From the NCBI GenBank assembly GCA_002269645.1, contig NIVC01002037.1:62001-126000 (forward strand): DNA of 64,000 nt, in the 5' to 3' direction. The notes under the pieces are model-generated. The model searched no databases and had not been told where the DNA came from. It saw nothing but the letters and a program-made list of their open reading frames with translations. Of this stretch, positions 50,501 to 64,000 are shown one piece after another (within the stretch, counting starts at the first letter, position 1; the number at the start of each line of letters is the position of its first letter). Origin of the DNA: Macrostomum lignano (lineage: Eukaryota). A program made the translations under genes and the position numbers.

Positions 50501-52351
50501 ATGATAATATAGATTAGCAATCCATTCTGCTCCTTCATCAATTGGAATATAGATTAGCAATCCATTCTGCTCCTTCATCAATGGTAATATAGATTAGCAA
50601 TCCATTCTGCTCCTTCATCAATGGAATATAGATTAGCAATCCATTCTGCTCCTTCATCAATGAATATAGATTAGCAATCCATTCTGTTCCTTCATCAATG
50701 ATAATATAGATTAGCAATCCATTCTGCTTCCTTCATCAATGATAATATAGATTAGCAATCCATTCTGCTCCTTCATCAATTGAATATAGATTAGCAATCC
50801 ATTCTGCTCCTTCATCAATGATAATAGATTAGCAATCCATTCTGCTCCTTCATCAATGGTAATATAGATTAGCAATCCATTCTGCTCCTTCATCAATGGT
50901 AATATAGATTAGCAATCCATTCTGCTCCTTCATTAATGATAATATAGATTAGCAATCCATTCTGCTCCTTCATCAATGGTAATATAGATTAGCAATCCAT
51001 TCTGCTCCTTCATCAATGGTAATATAGATTAGCAATCCATTCTGTTCCTTCATCAATTGGAATATAGATTAGCAATCCATTCTGTTCCTTCATCAATGAT
51101 AATATAGATTAGCAATCCATTCTGTTCCTTCATCAATTGGAATATAGATTAGGAATCCATTCTGCTCCTTCATTAATGATAATATAGATTAGCAATCCAT
51201 TCTGCTCCTTCATCAATGAATATAGATTAGCAATCCATTCTGCTCCTTCATCAATGATAATATAGATTAGCAATCCATTCTGTTCCTTCATCAATGATAT
51301 AGATTAGCAATCCATTCTGTTCCTTCATCAATTGGAATATAGATTAGCAATCCATTCTGCTCCTTCATCAATGATAATATAGATTAGCAATCCATTCTGC
51401 TCCTTCATCAATGATAATATAGATTAGCAATCCATTCTGTTCCTTCATCAATGATAATATAGATTAGCAATCCATTCTGCTCCTTCATCAATGATAATAT
51501 AGATTAGCAATCCATTCTGTTCCTTCATCAATTGGAATATAGATTAGCAATCCATTCTGTTCCTTCATCAATGGAATATAGATTAGCAATCCATTCTGTT
51601 CCTTCATCAATGATAATATAGATTAGCAATCCATTCTGTTCCTTCATCAATTGGAATATAGATTAGCAATCCATTCTGCTCCTTCATCAATTGGAATATA
51701 GATTAGCAATCCATTCTGTTCCTTCATCAATTGGAATATAGATTAGCAATCCATTCTGCTCCTTCATCAATGGTAATATAGATTAGCAATCCATTCTGCT
51801 CCTTCATCAATTGGAATATAGATTAGCAATCCATTCTGCTCCTTCATCAATTGGAATATAGATTAGCAATCCATTCTGCTCCTTCATCAATTGGAATATA
51901 GATTAGCAATCCATTCTGCTCCTTCATCAATGGTAATATAGATTAGCAATCCATTCTGCTCCTTCATCAATGATAATATAGATTAGCAATCCATTCTGCT
52001 CCTTCATCAATGAATATAGATTAGCAATCCATTCTGCTCCTTCATCAATGATAATATAGATTAGCAATCCATTCTGTCCTTCATCAATGATAATATAGAT
52101 TAGCAATCCATTCTGCTCCTTCATCAATGATAATATAGATTAGCAATCCATTCTGTCCTTCATCAATGATATATAGATTAGCAATCCATTCTGTCCTTCA
52201 TCAATGGAATATAGATTAGCAATCCATTCTGCTCCTTCATCAATGATAATATAGATTAGCAATCCATTCTGCTCCTTCATCAATGATAATATAGATTAGC
52301 AATTCATTCTGCTCCTTCATCAATTGGAATATAGATTAGCAATCCATTCTG
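14503..52351 (+). repeat. Giant 40-bp satellite array (~37.9 kb, roughly 960 units); consensus atatagattagcaatccattctg(c/t)tccttcatcaat(gata/tgga/ggta)
   Basis: Uninterrupted head-to-tail units from 14503 to 52351, with no unique spacers and no inversions seen. Unit count is estimated from length. Confidence 0.99.
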
Positions 52352-52756
52352 AAATCTACAGGTAATTATTCACCAAATTTGAGACTTGACAATTCAGAAA
52401 GAACTGACATCAAACAACAGGTGTATTTAAGCGATATCTATCAGTATTACTGTTTTGAAAAAAGCTTAGAAAATTGAAATAAATTGTTTAGATTTTTCTG
52501 TTTATGACTAGGATTTAGCCACATAACAATTTTTGCTGGTGAGGTGTTGCTTAGAAAAAAAGAAAAAAATCAAATAGCACTTGAAATTGTTCTCACTTTT
52601 GTGTCGACACAAGCAAATCGAACAGATTTCTAAGAAAAGTTATTTCGATTTTTTAGAATATCCCAGGTTCCTTGCTGATATTATTTAAAAAACGCTGTTC
52701 TACACTTAAATTTGATTGGTTTACTTATAACAAAACATTGTAGGAGTTTTCGAACG

Positions 52757-52762
52757 TTTATT
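52757..52762 (-). terminator. Candidate polyadenylation signal for caveolin
   Basis: AATAAA on the minus strand, about 52 nt after the stop codon. Confidence 0.5.
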
Positions 52763-52814
52763 CTTAGCATCCAAGGTAAACTTCTCTCCGTTGGCATGCT
52801 GTTGTCATGGCAAC

Positions 52815-53344
52815 TTAGCCAGCCACCTGAGTCAGCCGCATCTTGGACAGGAAGAGGCCGCATGTCTCGCAGCACGGGCCGAGGCAGCAGTCAACGATAG
52901 ACTTGGAGTACCTGCGCATGCAGGCCATGTTGATCTCCCAGACCTTGAAAGATGGCGTGATGCACCAGATGTGCTCCATCGCCACCCAGGCGAACACGCA
53001 GCCCCAGTACAGGGCGATGAAGATGCCGCAGAACAGGGTGCACACCTTGTACAGGCAGTTCTTGCCGCAGTTGAAACAGCTGTACGAGTTGCGCCACACG
53101 CAGTCCATGCTGTGGATGCCGTCGGGTTCTCCGAGGACATCCTCGAACTTGGTCTGGAATTGGACGCGCAATTTTGGTCAAGGAAAACCAGGAGGATGTT
53201 TTAGTTTGGTCCAAAACATGCTGGGATAAAAAGTCAAGCTTGTCATTTATCCATTTTGCTTGCAAATCTACACCATCTTACCGACAGATGCCCGTTCAGG
53301 GAATTGGGATCCCTGTTCTCCATGTCGAGATCAGTGCTAGTCAT
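52815..53344 (-). CDS. CAV: Caveolin, 2 coding exons (53344-53282, 53153-52815), 133 aa, Cys-rich
   Basis: Exon 1 MTSTDLDMENRDPNSLNGHLS (RDP motif), donor GTAAGA at 53281, acceptor ccaattccag at 53154. Exon 2 TKFEDVLGEPDGIHSMDCVW... carries the caveolin signature (FEDVIAEP-like) and a hydrophobic hairpin ending HIWCITP. The phase-0 intron is at the usual position just before the signature. Confidence 0.93.
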
Positions 53345-53395
53345 GATCGATTTATGGCGATCCTTGCTTTACGAACGTTTAGCTTATTTTGCGAT

Positions 53396-53416
53396 CTGTG
53401 CGAAAATGGGAGAATG
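53396..53416 (-). promoter_or_regulatory. Candidate 3' splice acceptor in the caveolin 5' UTR
   Basis: Minus strand ttctcccattttcgcacag ends at 53396, 51 nt before the ATG; an in-frame TAA lies between them. Confidence 0.5.
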
Positions 53417-56400
53417 TATCTGGAGTCGCTCTTCATATACTCTCGATGTTTTTTATCCTGTGCAATCGGTTGCCAAGGTGCGGACAGCCGCGTTGCTGCA
53501 TCATCTCTTTCGGTTGCCAAGGGCTCCAACTAGGCATCTGTCGTGTATATTGTGCGCGCGTCCATCTAAGAACTGGCGTTGCTTCCTGTGGCGAGGGGCA
53601 GAGACTTTTGGCTGTGGCTTTTATGTGTGGCTTTAGCAGCAGCACAAAGAATTGTGCTCAGTGGATCCTATATGCCCTCTGTGTATGCGGTCGCTTCCTG
53701 TCGCAGGAGTTGCTGCTTGAGAACTCCCTATTGTGCGTCTAGGAAGGATCGGGAGGTCTCCTGCCTCTGCGCTTGGCTTTAGCTGGGCTTTATTAAATGA
53801 AAATAGGACTCATACGCTCGTAGCTGCTATAGAAATGATTGAAGCTGTTTTGACTTTTAAATATGCTTCAACTATGCGATTGTAGCGTCTTAGGCATTTT
53901 TATAAGCTGTGCTCAATTATGAGTACAATAATTATCAATAATTACTTTATATAGTCTCGAACAGGTTATCTGCCAACCAGGGCAAGATATAGTTTGTAAT
54001 CGTATCAAATCTCCAAGATTCACGTATAAATTTACAAAAATCGATTGAGAAATCTGAGAAAAGGCTGCTCCAAAATCACCAGGACATTCTTGAAAAACAT
54101 TGATCAGGTTTTAAGATTCTCTTCAACAGCTGTTCATATCCTACCTTGATGAGTCGCCGCGTATGTAATGTCTTGCGATAGACCACCTTGCTTATTCTTT
54201 TCATGCTTATACCTACCTGCTTATATAGCTACTAACAGTAGACAAATCGGTATTTATGCCGATTTTCAAACTCAGTGCAGCTGTGGGGTGTAATGTTAAT
54301 ATTCTATTTAGTTAACGCACTCTTGACAAATTACGGACTAGTTGATGGCTGAAAAAGCTTGAGTGAGTGACTTCTTTCGAGTCCACCTGAGATTTCGTTT
54401 TTACGAACGAACCTACGATGATTCGTAGGCGAAAATTTGAGCTGAAAATAGGCTCTGGCCTGGAATATTTTCTCTTCTCCGTGTCTTGCAGTATCTCCTG
54501 GCTAAATCTGAAAATCGCCCCTAAAAAGCTCCCTGCCGTCACCCCAAAACCCGATGACTCTTATCCATAAAGCTGCAGTTTCCGAAGTTATAGATTGAAA
54601 ATTTGGGGTTTCACCTCTTGAATTGTGATGCTGCAACCATATCTGCGCGTGACGGGACATATGGCCTGTCATCGGTATTTAGATCCTATCCAAAACAAAG
54701 TAACTCGATGCTTTAAAACGACTCTCTTGATGTAGCATGCGGTGCAACGAAATCAAGTGTCTGTACTTCTACGAGTATTGCATGTGGCGATTTCTTGACA
54801 TGCAGGCATAATCTTCGGCTTGATGAATGGCGTGTCTATTTTTTTATTAAATTTACGAGTAAGCCACGCCTTCTTTTGTAGGCAGACATTGTCGTGTTGT
54901 ACGAGTAAAAGGATCAATTTAGGATTTTCAACTGGCGTGGATTGAAGTGGATTACAGATACACGTGTGTCCAGCAGCTTAGCAGTATAGGAACACCAAGC
55001 CATTTTTCCGCCCGTCGAACTAACATGTACGAATACCAAAGGAAAATCCCCCTGACAATTTTTTACTCAGCCAGAATGAAGCAACGAAGGCACACGAAAT
55101 AAAAGAACACGGGCTAACTTTTGTTGTTATGAACCTTCTCAAGCAAGCATGAATTTTCGCTCGCCAGTCTCCTGACCGTCAAGATATTCAACGATTCTGC
55201 CAGAAGGTCGGATTTTTCCAATAAGCGCCAGTGTATTCAGTGCACCCCTGTGCGCCAATCGGCACTGCGCCTCAGTGCAGCCTTGCCAAGTCTCCAAATT
55301 GCATCAGCACTTCTTTTTTGGTTCTTTTGCCCAGACGGAGCTTCTGAACCTTCAACAGGTGACAGCAGGTAACTATGGACACCCTGTTGCGAATTTCTCT
55401 ACTTTTACTGGTCAAACCTCAACTGCCGGACATCCTGTATAGATGTGTACATGCCTAACGATAAATAAAGTTAGGGCCGCTGTACACTTCTGTGCGAGTG
55501 TGTGCCTGCGTACGTATCCGCGCGCTTGTGTGCCTGCTCAGGGGAGGCATGCCTCTCGCCGGTTGTGTGACAATGTCGCTTAAAGTGCGCTAAAGTGCAC
55601 ACAGCCTCTGTCTTTAATAAATAATAAAAAGCTAGTATACAATCACACAAGAGTGTACAGCGGCCCTGCCTTTCATCCTCAAGCATGTACGCAGCACTGC
55701 CGTAAATTATTTTAGCCTTCCATGAGCGAACACGGACGTAGGCCGATTTTCGTGGTTAAAACAAAAATTATAATACCCAAGAACCAAGCCCGAGTAACAT
55801 ACTTTGGCTGAAGATTGGGACGCAGTACCGCTAACCACTAAGTTACACTGCCCGATACATTACAATCGGACTTTCACGAGGAACCTTCCTTGTTGTAACT
55901 GCGAACTCATATGCTGGAGATGTTTTCGCACAGTTAATTAATAGTCTCTAGTTGGTTAAGAGACTCTACCTTGTTCCAGCGCTATAGCGGGACTTTCCGA
56001 ATTAGGAGTCCGAGCATTGATTCATCTTTCACATGCATTCATAACCATAAATGTGACTGTAAACTAGATTTCCAGCTCAAGTCAGATAAGGCTAAAAATA
56101 GATTTTCGATAAGAAATTTAGCCAACTAAGAAGATATCTACGTGTACGTACGACGAACGTGACTCTGTGACCTGTAGTCACATTTGTGCTGCCAGGCTAG
56201 GTACATGCTTCGAATAGAGATGGCGAATGCTAAAGAAAACTGATTCTATTATTAGTCGCCGTGCTGCAGAGAGAGACAGGAAAATTCCAGTCTTGGCTTT
56301 CCCAGATCCTGTGTTCTGAGCGGTTTTCTGTCTCAGATTCTCTGTTTAGGTATAAAGTGTTCTGGAACTGTGTGGAAACTTCCTGTCATTGTACATGCAT

Positions 56401-57059
56401 GCTAATTAAGCGATAGTGCTATAGACAATAGGTACTCTCTGCATGACAGCTTTCTAGATTCTTCTCTGGCCATATATGGTTAACGGAATATTAATTATGG
56501 GTGGGCGTACACAGTACATACTGCAGTAGTTAAACTAAATTGCACTAACCGTTTTTCAGCTATTGTTGGGGCTTGTGAACTAAGCAGAAAGTGTCCAGTG
56601 GGCTGTCGTGCGATTCGCACCCAAATGAGGGCCGACCCCAACGGCTCAAAGAGTGTACACGCCTGATGATTTGAGAAGTCAGGACCGCTGTACACCCTGT
56701 GTGAGCGTGAATGAGTGCTCAGGAGTCAGCGTACTGAGCAGAATTGTCAAAAGTCCTCTTGTAGAATTTAGGCAAGGCTAAAAGCCGTTATCAGCTTTCG
56801 TTTTATTTTTTTTATTAAACAGCGTGAAAAAGCAGCTTGGCAGCCATGCAGAACAGAAATATTTGAAAGAACATAACAAAGGATGATAGTAAACATATCT
56901 GGAATTGAGTACGGAGGTGCATTACAAGGCTACAGTTGAACTCGTACGAATTTTTACAGAAAGCTCACACAGACACACGTAAAAATGCACCGACAAGTTT
57001 ATCAAAAACAAGGTCAAAAGTTCAGTTTTGTTGATAGTCTTTCAAATTTCAAATTAAAA

Positions 57060-57710
57060 TTATCGACCCAATCCAAAGAAGGCCCTCAGCCTGCTGACAC
57101 CTGTGCCGCAGTTCGAGGTACCCGACGAGCGCTGCTGCTCAAGCCCGGTTGCCACGGACAGTGGCATGTAGTGCTCAAACTGGTTGTCAGTTTTCACGTA
57201 GAGAGCCACAGCCAGGGTGCCCCGGCCGTAGTACCTGCGCAGCAGCTGGCGCCGGCGCTCAGTCAGCTGGAAGGTCGAGCTTGAAGCTCCGCCGCGGTGC
57301 CCGGCTTCGAAGACGCGATAGGCGTCAACTCTACCGGATGTCAAACGGAACACGGCAACCAACTCGTAAGCTGATTGATCCGACACTTTTCGCCGGTACC
57401 TGGCTTCCAGCTCGGCAGCCTCAGACTCCGACATCTGCTTCGGCGGCTTCATCGGCTCTTCTCCGTTGTTCCTCTGCTGTTGCTTCTGTTGCTGGCTGCT
57501 CCTCCTTGCCAGTCGACGGTGGATCAGCGGCCAGGGATCCTCGGAGCTGGACGCCGGTCCGCAGCTGCCAAACGAGCCGCGAGAGCTCAGATCCCACGAG
57601 GTGGCGCCGCTGGGCCGCTGAACGTCGAACTGGTAGGGCAGGCTGCACCGCTTGTGATGGTGCTGACGAAGATTGCGGCTTAGCAGACTTTTCTGGTTGC
57701 CTGAGGGCAT
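57060..57710 (-). CDS. Hypothetical protein, 216 aa, no recognised family
   Basis: ATG-initiated GC-rich ORF in AT-rich surroundings, with codon style and a Q-run like the neighbouring genes, and AATAAA motifs on the minus strand about 245-255 nt downstream (56802-56816). Confidence 0.55.
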   Translation of the reverse strand: MPSGNQKSLLSRNLRQHHHKRCSLPYQFDVQRPSGATSWDLSSRGSFGSCGPASSSEDPWPLIHRRLARRSSQQQKQQQRNNGEEPMKPPKQMSESEAAELEARYRRKVSDQSAYELVAVFRLTSGRVDAYRVFEAGHRGGASSSTFQLTERRRQLLRRYYGRGTLAVALYVKTDNQFEHYMPLSVATGLEQQRSSGTSNCGTGVSRLRAFFGLGR

Positions 57711-58207
57711 GATTGGTCTGTCTGTGTTTGATGTAGCTTGTCTGGTGAGTGCTTCGATTGCTGCATCATTTTCAGTATTTATAGACCCGGGAGCCCGGCG
57801 CAGTCATTGGCTGCAGCAGGCTTTATTTTTCCACTGTCGGGGAAGCAACGCGTCTTGTCTGCTGGGATTCTCCCTGCACTGAGCCAGGGAGTTCTAGAAA
57901 GAGAATCTGGACTGACTCTGAATGACTCTAGGCAATGGAAGTTGTACTTAATTCTCGCACCTGCAACGACTCTTGGTTCATTGATTCCGTGTGAGGTATG
58001 AAAATTGGCCCGGAGGTTGTTCTGCAATTTACACCCATGAGGGCTGGCCCCCAATGCACAGAGAGTGTACATGCTTGACGATTAGAAAGTCAAAGGGCCG
58101 ATTTACACACCCTGTGTGGGCGTGTGGGCCTGTCTGCAAATACAGGATTGGCGCGCTTGAATGTGCAGCTACTGTAGGAGTCAGCGGAATGGGCAGATGA
58201 AAGTTGT

Positions 58208-58530
58208 ACACTAAGACACTTGGACACTAATTAAGACACCTAGACACTAAGACACTTGGATACTAAGAAACTTGGACACTAAGACACTTGGATACTAAGA
58301 AACTTGGACACTAAGACACTTGGATACTAAGAAACTTGGACACTAACACACTTGGACACTAAGACACTTGGATACTAAGACACTTGGATACTAAGACACT
58401 TGAATACTAAGACACTTGGACTTGGATACTAAGACACTTGGACACTAAGACACTTGGACACTAAGACACTTGGACACTAAGACACTTGGACACTAAGACA
58501 CTTGGGCACTAAGACATTCGGATACTAAGA
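58208..58530 (+). repeat. 16-bp minisatellite made of two 8-mers (gacactaa + gacacttg)
   Basis: About 20 units read directly. Confidence 0.95.
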
Positions 58531-60855
58531 GAGAAATTTATTTTTTCAAAGCTTCACTTTCCTGTCCAAATACTTACCTTTAAGCGTCCATGGCTTTGCA
58601 GTTCCCTGGTTAGGGAAGGGGTGCATCGGTTTCCTCCGCAACAAGAATTCAACGCCCATCTACCTGTACAACAACTAACTGAGCAACCCCGCCTTCTCAA
58701 TTCCCAAAATTAGAGTCTACGTATAGCCAGTCAACTCCCAAAAGCCTTGCATCACGCCATGTGCGGCCTCCTCAAACCTCATGGTTGCTCTTAAGGAAAC
58801 ATAGATGGAAGGAGCTTTAGAAGGAATTGGAGAGAGTCAGGGTGCCTGGGTGTCTGCTTGTCTACGACACTCCAGCTGCCACTCTTCGCGTAATCCCTCT
58901 TCCTTCCCCAATTCTACTGCAGTAGCCACAGAGTCACTCCCACTTCCCCAACAAATTGACCGATAATATAGAAAGCCTTCTAATTCTTACCTAACCTGTT
59001 CTTAATACCGCGGGAAGCATGCACTCGGGAAGGAAATCAACCATATATGGCTTACTACTGAGGCAATGACTACCCGCTGGTGAAGAGTGGGATGGAATGA
59101 TATAAAACTACACACTTGGTAGTACAATCAACGATGAGTCATCGACAGTTCAAGTCTATCCCGCAACTCGTGTAGCACCTTGCTTGGGAAGGGCGTTTAC
59201 GGATTGCACTCGTTGACCTCGATTCAAGCTCCACATTTTATTTAGAGCTAGTATAATTTTTTGTTAAGCTGAGTTGCAAAGGGGGGGGGCATTTTACAAG
59301 CTCATTTTACAAGCTCACAAGCAACATTTTACAAGAAACACAAATCCACGCAAAAATTGGCTTCAATGGATGGCGGAATGAACATGATTGCGGCCTTGAA
59401 AAGTCATATACAAAATTGAAGCACCATTTAGAAGCAATTTTAGCCAATTCTGCGAAGGCCGCATGTGCAAAAATGATTTCGCTGATTGGTGTTTAAATGG
59501 TAGAGCTTTTCGGGAATTGTGTATCGTGGTAGTAGCTAAGGCTTCTTGAGTAATGAGGTGGCGTGGGTGCTTGAAGTTTTCTGGGTCGGTGGTCGACACC
59601 GCGATCTTGCTGCAATTAGTATGCAAACTCTAAGACAATTCGGTCCGTCCGGGAACGAACCATTGTGACCCTCTCGGTCATCGCCACCTCCAAGTGAAAA
59701 TCGACAGTGAGGAACGCTCATTCTGCTTCTCCAGTGTTTAGAACGCGGAGCACTTCATCTGGGACTGCCCCACCATTACTCGGGTGAAGGTCTTTTTTCT
59801 TTTGCTTTGCTTTGAACGCAAAAATTAATCAATTCAATTTTTCAGGGCAGCATTGCAAGACTTTCACCCATCGGCTGTAGCTAACTCCCACACACCTTTA
59901 CTATATACTATAATAGTTTCGCAGTCATTCAATTCCTTCTCGTTGGACTTCGTGTAGGATTCTTGCACCTGCTCACAAAGGACGTTGCAATCCCCATCCA
60001 TTGGTGTGCGACTGCAATCAAACAATTTTCAAAGTGTTATGCTTCACCCATATTTCGTAGGATCTGGAAATCTGTTTGCAAGATACTACTCGTATATACA
60101 GGGAGCAAATCTGCTCAGGGCAATATTTTTTGCAATTATAGCTTTGTGATAATTGGTATTAAAGGTCTGGAGCTTAAGGAGAGTACTTATAAGTAGGACG
60201 ATGGGAAACTATACATGTAGGTTTCTTGAAAAAAATTAGGAGATGTAGCTGTTCTTCCAAAAATGCATTACACTGTAGATACGGTTTTCATTTTTTTCAT
60301 TACAAAAATTGTTATTGCTTTTAATTTGAGGCAGAGACCCAATGTTCATCTTTTGATTTGTTTTGCCTTTCCTGTAGCTCTATTGATACAGTGTGTATTC
60401 ATAGAGATTCCCGTTTCCAAAATTAGGATTGTATGTAAATTTTACACATGCATATATTACGTACAATCGTACACGTCCTAATGCCTAAAAACCATGTAGC
60501 ACGGCTTGGCTCGGCTCACATAAAGCCAATGAGAGTGGAGCTGTGCCATTAATTTTTATGATTTCGTCTGTATATAATTACGTAGGTTATTAGGCACAGT
60601 TGCGTAAGGATATAAAATTAACATGGAATTATACTAATATACGAAAGCTAAATATGAATAGCGAGATATTAATCTACGAGTACTTGAGTACGTACGTGTA
60701 GTCCATGGTCAGGTCTGGAGATTCAGGTGGAGAAGGTGTGTAGCGGCAGGAATTAAAGGATTGGAAAACTTATGATGGGCGTGCAACAAAATGAATGTGG
60801 TTGCAGCGATTTCTCTTCAAAACAAAATTCTCTAATAAGGACGAGATTTGCGGCA

Positions 60856-64000
<3,145 letters not shown>

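Noticed and set aside
14350-52127. Dozens of minus-strand ORFs (MMKEQNGLLIY.../IDEGAEWIANLY) as a repetitive protein gene
   Set aside because: The 40-bp unit is not a multiple of 3 and stops recur in both orientations. The ORFs exist only where indel variants postpone a stop.
14503-52351. CRISPR array or repeat-spacer system
   Set aside because: No unique spacers: units are head-to-tail with only a few recurring alleles. There are no cas genes and the context is eukaryotic and spliced.
14503-52351. C/D-box snoRNA cluster (ATGATAA ... CTG)
   Set aside because: The C-like box is imperfect and present only in one allele. A CTGA D box occurs only at the array end, and there is no terminal stem.
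52681-53782. Many overlapping ORFs around caveolin on both strands
   Set aside because: These are shadow frames of a GC-rich exon and 5' region. Only the frame with RDP and FEDVLGEP has family motifs.
54250-54640. MITE or DNA-transposon relic around the hairpin cctacga-tgat-tcgtagg (54412-54429)
   Set aside because: No terminal inverted repeats or TSD could be identified by eye, and a 7-bp stem is expected by chance.
55770-55853. Second SINE or tRNA head on the minus strand (ggcagtgtaacttagtggttagcgg)
   Set aside because: Only an A-box-like segment; no convincing B box or core downstream. It may be a decayed relic but cannot be supported.
58570-58580. U1 snRNA 5' end (atacttacct)
   Set aside because: The match stops after 10 nt. 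It is better explained as the complement of a splice donor on the minus strand.
59363-60481. Short ORFs between the 16-bp repeat and the LINE
   Set aside because: Under 90 aa, AT-rich, with no motifs and no splice-supported structure.

Overview
Eukaryotic (animal) genomic DNA, with GT-AG introns, GC-rich exons and AT-rich flanks. The style (tandem-repeat-filled introns, poly-Q proteins, a Cys-rich caveolin) resembles free-living flatworms such as Macrostomum; this is inference only. Left to right: (1) an intronless SAP30BP/HCNGP gene (775-2163, +) after a (CAGA)n tract; (2) a 29-35-bp minisatellite present twice in direct orientation; (3) a tRNA-headed CORE-type SINE (-); (4) an 8-exon mitochondrial FAD glycerol-3-phosphate dehydrogenase gene GPD2 (3941-13772, +) with one 1-nt frameshift, in which all 7 introns are filled by tandem repeats; (5) a ~37.9-kb array of a 40-bp satellite (14503-52351, roughly 960 units) with a coded variant pattern, bounded closely by a splice acceptor-like and a donor-like site; (6) a 2-exon, 133-aa Cys-rich caveolin (-); (7) a 216-aa orphan ORF (-); (8) a 16-bp minisatellite; (9) the 3' ~3.1 kb of an RT+RNase H non-LTR retrotransposon (-) running off the window. 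No CRISPR array, rRNA or bona fide tRNA gene was found. The most interesting leads are the possible exonisation of the giant satellite and the one-repeat-family-per-intron architecture. Several indels are probably long-read consensus errors.
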